From NCBI GenBank assembly GCA_002269645.1, contig NIVC01000765.1:62001-126000 (forward strand): DNA of 64,000 nt, read 5' to 3'. Shown piece after piece: positions 25,493 through 38,010 of this stretch. Position numbers and translations under genes: made by a program. Below the pieces are notes generated by a model. It did no database searches. It saw nothing but the letters and a program-made list of their open reading frames with translations, and was not told the origin of the DNA. Positions within the stretch are counted from its first letter, which is position 1; every line of letters begins with the position of its first letter. This stretch comes from Macrostomum lignano (taxonomy: Eukaryota).

Positions 25493-26680
25493 ATGTCGAA
25501 ATCAAGCAAGTCGCTAAGTGCCAAGGCGAAGCAGCAGCAGCAGCTTCAGCAGGAGGACCGCGGCTCCACCTCCACGGGCACCGAGGATGACGAAGGAGAG
25601 GATGGCAATGAAGGTCGCCGTCAGAAGTCGGAGTCCCGCAAGCGGCTGCAGCGGTCGTTTTCGCTGGTTCCGGAGCGACTTGCCGTCGGCGGCAAAGGAG
25701 GTGGCGGCAGCGGCGGCGGGCTGTTCAGGAAGTCCGCCAGCCGGATGCAGCTGTGCGAGGCCGTCCTGCAGGTGCTCATCGTTGGCCTGGTGGTGGCAAC
25801 CTTCCCGTTCTCGCTGCTGCTGTGCCTGAAGGTGGTGGCCCAGTACGAGCGGGCGGTGATCTTCCGTCTGGGCCGCATCCGCAGCTCCGAGGCCAGCGGG
25901 CCCGGCATGATCTTCCTGCTGCCCGGCATCGACTCCATGAAGCTGGTGGACCTGCGCACCATGACATTCGACGTGCCCACCCAGGAGGTGCTGACTAAAG
26001 ACTCTGTGACCGTGGCGGTTGAGGCCGTGGTGTACTACAGGATCTTCGACCCGGTCATGTCGGTTGTCAACGTCGAGGACTGCAGCCGCTCCACGAAGCT
26101 GCTCGCCCAGACAACACTGCGCAACGTCCTTGGCACGGCCAGTCTCTACCAGCTGCTGGCCGGCCGGGACGAATCCACCCTGCTGATGCAGGAGACTCTG
26201 GACGCCGCCACCGACACATGGGGCGTCAAGGTGGAGCGAGTGGAGATCAAGGATGTCCGCCTGCCGACTCAGCTGCAGCGGGCGATGGCCGCCGAGGCGG
26301 AGGCGGCCCGCGAGGCCCGGGCGAAGGTGATCGCGGCCGAGGGCGAGCAGAAGGCCAGCAAAGCGTTGAAGGCGGCCGCCATCGAGCTGTCCGAGTGCGG
26401 AGTCGCCCTGCAGCTGCGCTACCTGCAGACTCTGTGCAGCATCTCGGCTGAGAAGAACTCAACAATCATCTTCCCGCTGCCCATCGAGATGCTGCAGATG
26501 TTCCAGACCGAGCAGCAGCAGCCGCCGCCGCAGTCCACCGATGATTCTGACGCCACGGCACCGACTTCCTGTGCCAGGCCGGTGATCACCACCAGCCGGA
26601 AGTCGACGACGCATCCGCAGACCCAGCAGCAGATGGGAGCTGCTTCCGGTGCGAGCAGCAGCTTGGAGTCCGGCTGCTGA
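25493..26680 (+). CDS. Stomatin/MEC-2/podocin-family SPFH (band 7) membrane protein, single exon, 395 aa
   Basis: Hydrophobic hairpin (TFPFSLLLCLKVV), QYERAVIFRLGR, VDLRT..FDVP.QEVLTKDSVTVAV, AMAAEAEAAREARAKVIAAEGE, LQLRYLQTL. Confidence 0.95.
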   Translation: MSKSSKSLSAKAKQQQQLQQEDRGSTSTGTEDDEGEDGNEGRRQKSESRKRLQRSFSLVPERLAVGGKGGGGSGGGLFRKSASRMQLCEAVLQVLIVGLVVATFPFSLLLCLKVVAQYERAVIFRLGRIRSSEASGPGMIFLLPGIDSMKLVDLRTMTFDVPTQEVLTKDSVTVAVEAVVYYRIFDPVMSVVNVEDCSRSTKLLAQTTLRNVLGTASLYQLLAGRDESTLLMQETLDAATDTWGVKVERVEIKDVRLPTQLQRAMAAEAEAAREARAKVIAAEGEQKASKALKAAAIELSECGVALQLRYLQTLCSISAEKNSTIIFPLPIEMLQMFQTEQQQPPPQSTDDSDATAPTSCARPVITTSRKSTTHPQTQQQMGAASGASSSLESGC

Positions 26681-26826
26681 TTGAAGGCTTTGAAGTGGGC
26701 TGACTGGGCTGCTTGACGGCCGTAGCAACTATGATGCAGACTTGCGGGTCCTGTTTGTGTTTTGAGCAAAATTTCACTGGGTCTGTGAGACGGTAGTTGT
26801 CACCCTCCTGTTAAACACGAGTGGCC

Positions 26827-27745
26827 CCTGTTAGACAGGAATGTCACCTGTTAGACAGGAATGTCACCTGTTAGACAGGAATGTCACCTGTTAGACAGGG
26901 ATGTCACCTGTTAGACAGGAATGTCACCTGTTAGACAGGAGTGGCACCTGTTAGACAGGAATGTCACCTGTTAGACAGGAATGTCACCTGTTAGACAGGA
27001 ATGTCACCTGTTAGACAGGAATGTCACCTGTTAGACAGGGATGTCACCTGTTAGACAGGAATGTCACCTGTTAGACAGGAATGTCACCTGTTAGACAGGA
27101 ATGTCACCTGTTAGACAGGAATGTCACCTGTTAGACAGGAATGTCACCTGTTAGACAGGAATGTCACCTGTTAGACAGGAATGTCACCTGTTAGACAGGG
27201 ATGTCACCTGTTAGACAGGAATGTCACCTGTTAGACAGGAATGTCACCTGTTAGACAGGAATGTCACCTGTTAGACAGGGATGTCACCTGTTAGACAGGA
27301 ATGTCACCTGTTAGACAGGAGTGGCACCTGTTAGATAGGATTGCACCACCTGTTAGACCGGATGGCACCTGTTAGATAGGATTGCACCACCTGTTAGACC
27401 GGATGGCACCTGTTAGATAGGATTGTGCCACCTGTTAGACAGGAGTGGCACCTGTTAGATAGGGGTGGCACCTGTTAGACAAGAGTGAAACCTGTTAGAC
27501 AGGGGTGGCACCTGTTAGACAGGGGTAGCACCTGTTAGAGAGGAATGTCACCTGTTGGACAAGATTGGAACCTGTTACACAGGGGTGACACCTGTTAGAC
27601 AGGGGTAGCACCTGTTAGACAGGATTGTGGCACCTGTTAGACAGGAATGTCACCTGTTGGACAAGATTGGAACCTGTTAGACAGGGGTGGCACCTGTTAG
27701 ACAGGGGTGACACCCGTTAGACAGGGGTAGCACTGGTTACACAGG
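26827..27745. repeat. 20-bp tandem repeat CCTGTTAGACAGGAATGTCA
   Basis: Homogeneous 5' part, degenerate 3' part. Confidence 0.95.
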
Positions 27746-28071
27746 TTTCTTTCTTAATTCTCATATGCAACTGCGCTCTAATAATAATCTATATTTATAG
27801 TAAAAGGAAATATAATGAACCGCTTGGCAATGCAAACTGTTTAAGATTGACATGTACTTTATTCAAATCCTTCAACCGTGCTTTTAGCTTGGTCACGAAT
27901 TTCATATCGTTCACCTATTAATTAATCAATCAATCAATCAACAATAATGGATTTCCACCACTCAGAGATCAGTTGCTGCTCGGCTGTCCCCCACCGTCTG
28001 CTTAAGAAGCAGGCAGGGAAAAAACTTTAAGATAAAATCTTGATTGAAATTTTTATAATCCGCGTCTGCTC

Positions 28072-29110
28072 TGACTGTCACTCTCCCGCTCACTGTCACT
28101 CTCCCGCTCACTGTCACTCTCCCGCTCTCTGTCACTCTCCCGCTCACTGTCACTCTCCCGCTCACTGTCACTCTCCCGCTCACTGTCACTCTCCCGCTCT
28201 CTGTCACTCTCTACTCACTGTCACTCTCCCGCTCACTGTCACTCTCTACTCACTGTCACTCTCTACTCACTGTCACTCTCCCGCTCACTGTCACTCTCTA
28301 CTCACTGTCACTCTCTACTCACTGTCACTCTCTACTTACTGTCACTCTCTACTCACTGTCACTCTCTACTTACTGTCACTCTCTACTCACTGTCACTCTC
28401 CCGCTCACTGTCACTCTCCCGCTCACTGTCACTCTTCCGCTCACTGTCACTCTCCCGCTCACTGTCACTCTCCCGCTCACTGTCACTCTCCCGCTCTCTG
28501 TCACTCTCTACTCACTGTCACTCTCCCGCTCACTGTCACTCTCTACTTACTGTCACTCTCTACTCACTGTCACTCTCTACTTACTGTCACTCTCTACTCA
28601 CTGTCACTCTCTACTCACTGTCACTCCACGCACTGTCACCCCACGCACTGTCACTCCACTCACTGTCACTCCACTCACTGTCACTCCACTCACTGTCACT
28701 CCACTCACTGTCACTCCACTCACTGTCACTCCACTCACTGTCACTCCACGCACTGTCACTCCACTCACTGTCACTCCACTCACTGTCACTCCACTCACTG
28801 TCACTCCACTCACTGTCACTCCACTCACTGTCACTCCACTCACTGTCACTCCACTCACTGTCACTCCACTCACTGTCACTCCACTCACTGTCACTCCACT
28901 CACTGTCACTCCACTCACTGTCACTCCACTCACTGTCACTCCACTCACTGTCACTCCACTCACTGTCACTCCACTCACTGTCACTCCACTCACTGTCACT
29001 CCACTCACTGTCACTCCACTCACTGTCACTCCACTCACTGTCACTCCACTCACTGTCACTCCACTCACTGTCACTCCACTCACTGTCACTCACTCACTGT
29101 CACTCTCTGT
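28072..29110. repeat. Tandem repeat, 18-mer CACTGTCACTCTCCCGCT grading into 15-mer CACTGTCACTCCACT
   Basis: Units read directly. Confidence 0.95.
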
Positions 29111-30353
29111 ACTCACTATCACTGCGCATTTTCCTCAACTCCCACAGGATCCCCCAGTCAACAAAAATCTGTCGCCTTGAGATTGGCGGGAGAAAAGGGG
29201 ATTTTTACGATCGCCTCAATCCTCGATCGCCTCGATCAATTTTCCAGCTAGAGAGGAGAGGAGGCGTGAAAAGCGTTGAAAAAAGGCACTTGCTCTTTTT
29301 CTGTCTAAGTGGCGTTTTTTATTTCCTTCCACCTCTGCTCACAGCTTCTCAGTCCGGCCACTCACAGCCCCTTAGAATTATTTATGACAACCTGCAACGA
29401 GGAGTTGGGAGGGGATGAGGCGCCCTGAGGCTGGTACGGCGCTGCAAGGCCAAGCCTGACATTTGCGGGCGGCCCGATGATGGAGGAACTTGAAGTCTGC
29501 GCAATCATATGGATGCTGGGGGCTGGATGCGTACACTTGAGTTAAGAGTTAATCTCTCAGGCTAATCTCACACTCCTGGCGATTGTGTGTGTGTGCTCTG
29601 ACACAGCTCAAGTTAATGCCAGTCTCTGCAGCAGTACTGTGGATGGAGAGAAACAGTCAATTGAGTGACTATACTCAAACACTCACATACAGACTGGGAT
29701 TGCTGATAAAGCTGATTATATAGGTAGTTACAGTTCTGCTTGGGCTTGAGAAAATTCAACAAAATCGGCTGTAGTTATTTAACAACTCGATAAAATGTTC
29801 GATTTAAAGTAGTAGCTAAACCGATGGTCTTAATGTCTAACAGGAAAGTTAAAAATCGATTCTCTTTCTTAGAAAGCGGCAGTTAAAAATCGGGTTTCTT
29901 TCTTAAACACAAGTAATAAAAAACCTTGTCCCTTTCTTAGAAACTGGTGATTAAAACTTTGTCTCTTTCTTAGAAACTGGTGATTAAAACCTTGTCCCTT
30001 TCTTAGAAACTGGTGATTAAACTGGTGATTAAACAGGTTAGTCCGATAATAAAACCTCGAATTTTTCTGTTCTACTTTTACTTTTTTATTCATTCAAACC
30101 GGATTTCATGCTGAAACTACAGCGTAAAGTTAAAGCAAAAATACATGGACATAATATTAAAGGAAACAAGTGGCATTTTCTATTATTATAATCTATCTAT
30201 TATAATCTCAAATTGCGGTCTCTAAAGTTGTCAATAATTTCTGGTTTCTTTATTCAGATAAAATCTGGACAAAACTCAAAAAAAATCAGGTAGCACGAGA
30301 TCCACAAAATCCGTCTCGATCAGTTTTTTTATGACACCACGAGCAGATGTGCA

Positions 30354-30660
30354 ACCGACAGCTCAGCCGCAGCTACTGCGCGGCGCATCTGAAGACTGCG
30401 TACGGCTGTTCAGTCCAAGGACTGGGGGTCGCCACACACACCCTCAATTACCCCAGCTAATGCTGGCACCCATTTTACAGCTGGGTGAACTGAAGCAATG
30501 CAGTGAGTTAAGTGTTCTGCTAAAGGACACAAATTGTTCCAGTGGGATCGGGAATCGAACCCCCGGCCTTTCAGTCGTGAGTCAGTCGCTCTAACCCGGG
30601 AGATTGTGCTTCTCTGGCCGGTTGTCGCTGTCGCATAAGCTCCACTAGGCTACAACCCCA
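30354..30660 (-). mobile_element. tRNA-derived SINE with CORE-like central domain, copy 1
   Basis: Minus strand has A box TAGCCTAGTGG, B box GGTTCGATTCC, then TGTGTCCTTTAGCAGAACACTTAAC..CAGCTGTAAAATGGG; homologous to 40994-41224. Confidence 0.75.
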
Positions 30661-31099
30661 TTTTATCAGTAAAACAGGCCAAAATGCTTGTCTCAATCGA
30701 TTCCCGCAGTCCCGATTCCCAGATCCCGTCCAAAGATGGATAAAATGGTAGCCAATATTATTGGCACTTATAGGGCTCAAATTCCACCACCATCAAGACA
30801 AAACGCCTCCCACTCGATTTGTTAAATGTATTTTTCGATACATATCGGATCGGCAATATCTTTGTTTAGAAAAAGTTATATCGCTTTAACAAGGCCGGCC
30901 GATCTCGGCCAAGTGGCAGTGATGGAGCGGATTTTCTCTCCCTCACCCCAGCGCAAAAGATTCTGGCTTAATTTTCGATTTTTTTCTCACAGTCTTCCCT
31001 TTCTCCAATCTGTCTCGCTCTGAAGTCCGCCGGCTTTCCTGGGCCGGTTCTTGGTTTTCGATTTTTACCGAATTTTCGAACATTTCCAATTCTATTGGG

Positions 31100-31760
31100 C
31101 TTATCCATCTCTATCCACCTCTATCCACCACTATCCACTTCTATCCGTCTCTATCCATCTCTATCTACCTCTATCCACTTCTATCCGTCTCTATCCATCT
31201 CTATCTACCTCTATCCACTCCTATCCATCTCTATCTACCTCTATCCACTCCTATCCGTCTCTATCCGTCTCTATCCACCTATCTATCTATGTCTATCAGA
31301 CTCTATACACTTCTCTATCCATCTCTATCTACCTCTATCCACTCCTACCCGTCTCTATCCGTCTCTATCTACCTCTATCCACTCCTATCCGTCTCTATCC
31401 GTCTCTATCCACCTATCTATCTATGTCTAGCAGACTCTATACACTTCTCTATCCATCTCTATCCATCTCTATCTACCTCTATCCACTTCTATCCGTCTCT
31501 ATCCATCTCTATCCACCTCTATCCACTTCTATCCGTCTCTATCCATCTCTATCCACCTCTATCCACTTCTATCCGTCTCTATCCATCTCTATCCACCTCT
31601 ATCCACTTCTATCCGTCTCTATCCACTTCTATCCGTCTCTATCCACTTCTATCCGTCTCTATCCACTTCTATCCGTCTCTATCCACTTCTATCCGTCTCT
31701 ATCCACCTATCTATCTATGTCTATCAGACTCTATACTAGAGTCAGACTCTATCCGTCTTT
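31100..31760. repeat. CTATCCATCT/CTATCCACTT 10-bp-based tandem repeat
   Basis: Units read directly. Confidence 0.93.
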
Positions 31761-32704
31761 ATCGGTCTCTATCAGCCATTTTCTATCTCTAACCAGTACA
31801 TCCATATCTATAATTATCCATTGATATCTATATCTGTAGCAGTATCTAAGTGCATCTCTCCTTCTCTGTGTACCTCTATCTGTCTGTATCGCACTTATTC
31901 CAATCAATAATATCCATATTGATTGACCTCTATCACTATAAGCAACCTCTTTTTAGCTCTTTGATGCTGCAGTGAGTGCGTACACACTGCTTGATTAGAA
32001 AGCCAGCAAGCTTTAAAAATTGTCTCCAGCTGCCGGTCCTTGCGCCTCATCCTCTGCTGACAGCTGTTAAACCTTTACCGGGCAAATGTTTACCAACTGG
32101 AACTCTGCACCTACGCGTATTTGCGGGCCAGATGCCTTCTTCGTTTCGCCATGGACAGCGATGTCTTGGGCAGGGGGGCGATCTGGAATGGAACAATAGG
32201 AAACATTATACTAACTATTTGATTATATTTTCCAGAATCTCAGTACGTGTTGTTTTTTTGTGCAGGCTGGACTTTTTATTGTTGTTGCACTGTTCCAAGA
32301 ATTTTGTATGAGTCACGGCGGCGATCAGTGCAGTTCCGCAGTGTCTGTGCAGTCCTGGGCGCGCCATGCACAGATCCTGGCTTTTTTTGCTGCGGCACTA
32401 AGGTCTGGCATAGCTGTAGCCTCTTGTGTGTGCGGTCTGCAGGGGATAAAATCTCCTAACTCCAAGTCCGAAGCTGAAATCCGCTGCGCTTAGATAAGCA
32501 AGCGGGTTGGCTTAGTTACCAAGGTGGAAGGTGGCCTGCTAGCGAATAACTCCGGCCACTGTCCGAGGGACCGCAGAGGTGCGCTGGGGGGGACCGAGGA
32601 GAACTGAAAAGTGAATCCTGCTACTGCTTTACCAAATCCATGTTTTCATTTTTCAAGACACTAAAAAGTTAATTGCAAAGAGTTTTCACGCAGTTTGCAC
32701 ACAG

Positions 32705-33160
32705 TATGGCAATCTGTCTGTCTATAGCAATCTGTCTGTCTATAGCAATCTGTCTGTCCATAGCAATCTGTCTGTCTATGGCAATCTGTCTGTCTATAGC
32801 AATCTGTCTGTCTATGGCAATCTGTCTGTCTATGGCAATCTGTCTGTCTATGGCAATCTGTCTGTCTATGGCAATCTGTCTGTCTATGGCAATCTGTCTG
32901 TCTATAGCAATCTGTCTGTCTATAGCAATCTGTCTGTCCATAGCAATCTGTCTGTCTATGGCAATCTGTCTGTCTATGGCAATCTGTCTGTCTATGGCAA
33001 TTTGTCTGTCTATGGCAATTTGTCTGTCTATGGCAATCTGTCTGTCTATGGCAATCTCTCTGTCTATTGCAGTCTGTCTGTCTATGGCAATCTGTCCGTC
33101 TATGGCAATCTGTCCGTCTATGGCAATCTGTCTGTCTATGGCGATCTGTCTGTCTATGGT
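32705..33160. repeat. 18-bp tandem repeat TGGCAATCTGTCTGTCTA
   Basis: Units read directly. Confidence 0.95.
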
Positions 33161-33585
33161 CTTTGCTAATCCAGACGATGGCTCAGATTCTCCTTGGCTC
33201 GCACATCCTGCCCCTCAGCTAGAAATAATAACAGCAAAAAGTGCTGCATCAGGGTGCCACAGCTTGTAGGGGTCCCAGCTTCCTGCATCATCGCTGCTCC
33301 ACCCTCAATCTGTGTTGCTAGGATGGTTATGTTGCCACTGAATTTGGTCCCTGATTTTCCTACCTGCATTTGCGGATAGCTGTTCCAGTTCTTTAGCCAA
33401 GTGGGGGGATTATTGCAGGAAAAACCTAGGGATTTGGGCTTCGGATGCCTTTTTCCTTCCAATGATGAAGGAAATGGAAGCTGTTTCATCTCCTCATTAA
33501 CTCTCCGTGTCTCTGCTGTCGTCTTTTGCCTCTGGTACTGTTCCAGTCATGTTGACTTTCGAGTAGTGTAAACTTCTTCAACTGG

Positions 33586-33725
33586 GTGAGTGAGTGAGTG
33601 AGTGAGTGAGTGAGTGAGTGAGTGAGTGAGTGAGTGAGTGAGTGAGTGAGTGAGTGAGTGAGTGAGTGAGTGAGTGAGTGAGTGAGTGAGTGAGTGAGTG
33701 AGTGAGTGAGTGAGTGAGTGAGTGA
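33586..33725. repeat. (GTGA)n microsatellite
   Basis: Direct reading. Confidence 0.97.
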
Positions 33726-34566
33726 ACCTGTGACTTATACCCAACTGTAATCAGTTGTTAAAATTTGTGCTAATCAACTCCATAGTCGTATTGAAACTAT
33801 GGGATAGATGAAGCAAAATCAATCATTCTGCCAGGGACCAATTTGGACTACCGGAAGCATTCTGTTCTTAACCTCCCTGATGGAGCCTGATTGATTGATT
33901 GATCAAATCAACTTTAGCTATAGGAGAGAGTGAGATACAGTGGTTCAACCGTCTGCTTCAGCTGGGTTTTTCAGCTTCTTCTAAAAGCAGACTTACGCCG
34001 CTGCATCAGGATGTGCCCCGGCAGCTGACCCGTCCGTTCCGAACAAAATGACACGAGAGAGAGCGTTGCAAAAGGAAAAATTAAGGATTTTTTTAGTTAA
34101 AAGCGCATGGAATACTGCTGCATATTTTTAGGTTAATCATCGCTTATTGCAGATTTCCAATCCAGATTGCTAGGCCTAGAAGTCCATGGGTTTTGTTGTT
34201 GAACTGGCGCGTGCAGCTGTTCGGTTCAATATAACTAGGAATCCGAACTGGGAGGGGAAAGCCAGTTTCTATTCATTGGCGCTGATTTTGCTGCTTCTAC
34301 TAGCGCTAAAGCTAGTTGATTGCGTCTGATCTCTGATCTCTGATGCCAGCTATGCTGTTAGCTGGTGCCAATTCCTGGCCTCCTCATCGCCAGAAACCAG
34401 CCTTATCTAAGCACTCTATCTCTTCTACTTCAGCGAAGTACTACTGTAAATGAAACAGTGTAGACTGGGTTTTTGATTATGCACCATCATTGGGTTGAAC
34501 TTAAGTGGGCAGATCTTTAGTGCAGTGTGTGTGTACATTGCCTGATAATAAGAGAATCAGGGCCGC

Positions 34567-37500
34567 TGTGAGACAGGGGCGCCCACCAAGAGACAGGGGC
34601 GCCGACCTAGAGACAGGGGCGCCGACAACCAAGAGACAGGGGCGCCGACCACCAAGAGACAGGGGCGCCCACCAAGAGACAGGGGCGCCGACCACCAAGA
34701 GACAGGGGCGCCCAGCAAGAGACAGGGGCGCCCACCAAGAGACAGGGGCGCCCAGCAAGAGACAGGGGCGCCCACCAAGAGACAGGGGCGCCCACCAAAA
34801 GACAGGGGCGCCCACCAAGAGACAGGGGCGCCCACCAAGAGACAGGGGCGCCCAGCAAGAGACAGGGGCGCCGACCACCAAGAGACAGGGGCGCCCACCA
34901 AGAGACAGGGGCGCCCAGCAAGAGACAGGGGCGCCCACCAAGAGACAGGGGCGCCCACCAAGAGACAGGGGCGCCCACCAAGAGACAGGGGTGCCCACCA
35001 AGAGACAGGGGCGCCGACCAAGAGACAGGGGCGCCGACAACCAAGAGACAGGGGCGCCGACCACCAAGAGACAGGGGCGCCCACCAAGAGACCGGGGCGC
35101 CGACCACCAAGAGACAGGGGCGCCCAGCAAGAGACAGGGGCGCCCACCAAGAGACAGGGGCGCCCAGCAAGAGACAGGGGCGCCCAGCAAGAGACAGGGG
35201 CGCCCACCAAGAGACAGGGGCGCCCACCAAGAGACAGGGGCGCCGACCAAGAGACAGGGGCGCCGACAACCAAGAGACAGGGGCGCCGACCACCAAGAGA
35301 CAGGGGCGCCCACCAAGAGACCGGGGCGCCGACCACCAAGAGACAGGGGCGCCCAGCAAGAGACAGGGGCGCCGACCACCAAGAGACAGGGGCGCCCAGC
35401 AAGAGACAGGGGCGCCCAGCAAGAGACAGGGGCGCCCACCAAGAGACAGGGGCGCCCACCAAGAGACAGGGGCGCCCACCAAGAGACAGGGGCGCCCACC
35501 AAGAGACAGGGGCGCCCACCAAGAGACAGGGGCGCCCACCAACAGACAGGGGCGCCCACCAAGAGACAGGGGCGCCCACCAAGAGACAGGGGCGCCCAGC
35601 AAGAGACAGGGGCGCCCACCAAGAGACAGGGGCGCCCACCAAGAGACAGGGGCGCCCACCAAGAGACAGGGGCGCCCACCAAAGAGACAGGGAGCGCCCA
35701 CCAAGAGACAGGGGCGCCCACCAAGAGACAGGGGCGCCCACCAAGAGACAGGGGTGCCCACCAAGAGACAGGGGCGCCCACCAAGAGACAGGGGCGCCCA
35801 CCAAGAGACAGGGGCGCCCACCAAGAGACAGGGGCGCCCACCAAGAGACAGGGGCGCCCAGCAAGAGACAGGGGCGCCCACCAAGAGACAGGGGCGCCCA
35901 GCAAGAGACAGGGGCGCCCACCAAGAGACAGGGGCGCCCACCAAGAGACAGGGGCGCCCACCAAGAGACAGGGGTGCCCACCAACAGACAGGGGCGCCCA
36001 CCAAGAGACAGGGGCGCCCACCAAGAGACAGGGGCGCCCAGCAAGAGACAGGGGCGCCCACCAAGAGACAGGGGCGCCCACCAAGAGACAGGGGCGCCCA
36101 CCAAGAGACAGGGGCGCCCACCAAGAGACAGGGGCGCCCACCAAGAGACAGGGGCGCCCACCAAGAGACAGGGGCGCCCACCAAGAGACAGGGGTGCCCA
36201 CCAAGAGACAGGGGCGCCCACCAAGAGACAGGGGCGCCCACCAAGAGACAGGGGCGCCCACCAAGAGACAGGGGCGCCCACCAAGAGACAGGGGCGCCCA
36301 GCAAGAGACAGGGGCGCCCACCAAGAGACAGGGGCGCCCACCAAGAGACAGGGGCGCCGACCACCAAGAGACAGGGGCGCCCAGCAAGAGACAGGGGCGC
36401 CCACCAAGAGACAGGGGCGCCCAGCAAGAGACAGGGGCGCCCACCAAGAGACAGGGGCGCCCACCAAGAGACAGGGGCGCCCACCAAGAGACAGGGGCGC
36501 CCACCAAGAGACAGGGGCGCCCAGCAAGAGACAGGGGCGCCGACCACCAAGAGACAGGGGCGCCCACCAAGAGACAGGGGCGCCCAGCAAGAGACAGGGG
36601 CGCCCACCAAGAGACAGGGGCGCCCACCAAGAGACAGGGGCGCCCACCAAGAGACAGGGGCGCCCACCAAGAGACAGGGGCGCCGACCAAGAGACAGGGG
36701 CGCCGACAACCAAGAGACAGGGGCGCCGACCACCAAGAGACAGGGGCGCCCACCAAGAGACCGGGGCGCCGACCACCAAGAGACAGGGGCGCCCAGCAAG
36801 AGACAGGGGCGCCCACCAAGAGACAGGGGCGCCGACCAAGAGACAGGGGCGCCGACAACCAAGAGACAGGGGCGCCGACCACCAAGAGACAGGGGCGCCC
36901 AGCAAGAGACAGGGGCGCCCACCAAGAGACAGGGGCGCCCAGCAAGAGACAGGGGCGCCCAGCAAGAGACAGGGGCGCCCACCAAGAGACAGGGGCGCCC
37001 ACCAAGAGACAGGGGCGCCGACCAAGAGACAGGGGCGCCGAAACCAAGAGACAGGGGCGCCGACCACCAAGAGACAGGGGCGCCCACCAAGAGACCGGGG
37101 CGCCGACCACCAAGAGACAGGGGCGCCCAGCAAGAGACAGGGGCGCCGACCACCAAGAGACAGGGGCGCCCAGCAAGAGACAGGGGCGCCCAGCAAGAGA
37201 CAGGGGCGCCCACCAAGAGACAGGGGCGCCCACCAAGAGACAGGGGCGCCCACCAAGAGACAGGGGCGCCCACCAAGAGACAGGGGCGCCCACCAAGAGA
37301 CAGGGGCGCCCACCAAGAGACAGGGGCGCCCACCAAGAGACAGGGGCGCCCACCAAGAGACAGGGGCGCCCACCAAGAGACAGGGGCGCCCACCAAGAGA
37401 CAGGGGCGCCCACCAAGAGACAGGGGCGCCCAGCAAGAGACAGGGGTGCCCACCAAGAGACAGGGGCGCCCAGCAAGAGACAGGGGCGCCCACCAAGAGA

Positions 37501-38010
37501 CAGGGGCGCCCACCAAGAGACAGGGGCGCCCAGCAAGAGACAGGGGCGCCCACCAACAGACAGGGGCGCCCACCAAGAGACAGGGGCGCCCACCAAGAGA
37601 CAGGGGCGCCCAGCAAGAGACAGGGGCGCCCACCAAGAGACAGGGGCGCCCACCAAGAGACAGGGGCGCCCACCAAAGAGACAGGGAGCGCCCACCAAGA
37701 GACAGGGGCGCCCACCAAGAGACAGGGGCGCCCACCAAGAGACAGGGGTGCCCACCAAGAGACAGGGGCGCCCACCAAGAGACAGGGGCGCCCACCAAGA
37801 GACAGGGGCGCCCACCAAGAGACAGGGGCGCCCAGCAAGAGACAGGGGCGCCCAGCAAGAGACAGGGGCGCCCACCAAGAGACAGGGGCGCCCAGCAAGA
37901 GACAGGGGCGCCCACCAAGAGACAGGGGTGCCCACCAAGAGACAGGGGCGCCCACCAAGAGACAGGGGCGCCCACCAAGAGACAGGGGCGCCGACCACGA
38001 AAAGACAGGG
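34567..38010. repeat. 3.4-kb GC-rich minisatellite, 20-bp unit CCAAGAGACAGGGGCGCCCA with 23-bp variants
   Basis: About 165 units; source of several spurious ORFs over 1000 aa. Confidence 0.98.

Noticed and set aside
28040-29251. His/Cys-rich HCHS 403-aa ORF resembling a metal-binding protein near the PCS gene
   Set aside because: Exactly coincides with the 15-18-bp tandem repeat, has no ATG start or splice context, and the opposite strand is equally open.
30190-30340. Helitron-like 5' end TCTATCTATTATAA
   Set aside because: No matching 3' hairpin and CTRR end could be identified.
30540-30660. Functional tRNA gene
   Set aside because: Interrupted by a 45-bp insertion and fused to a repeated body, so treated as a SINE head.
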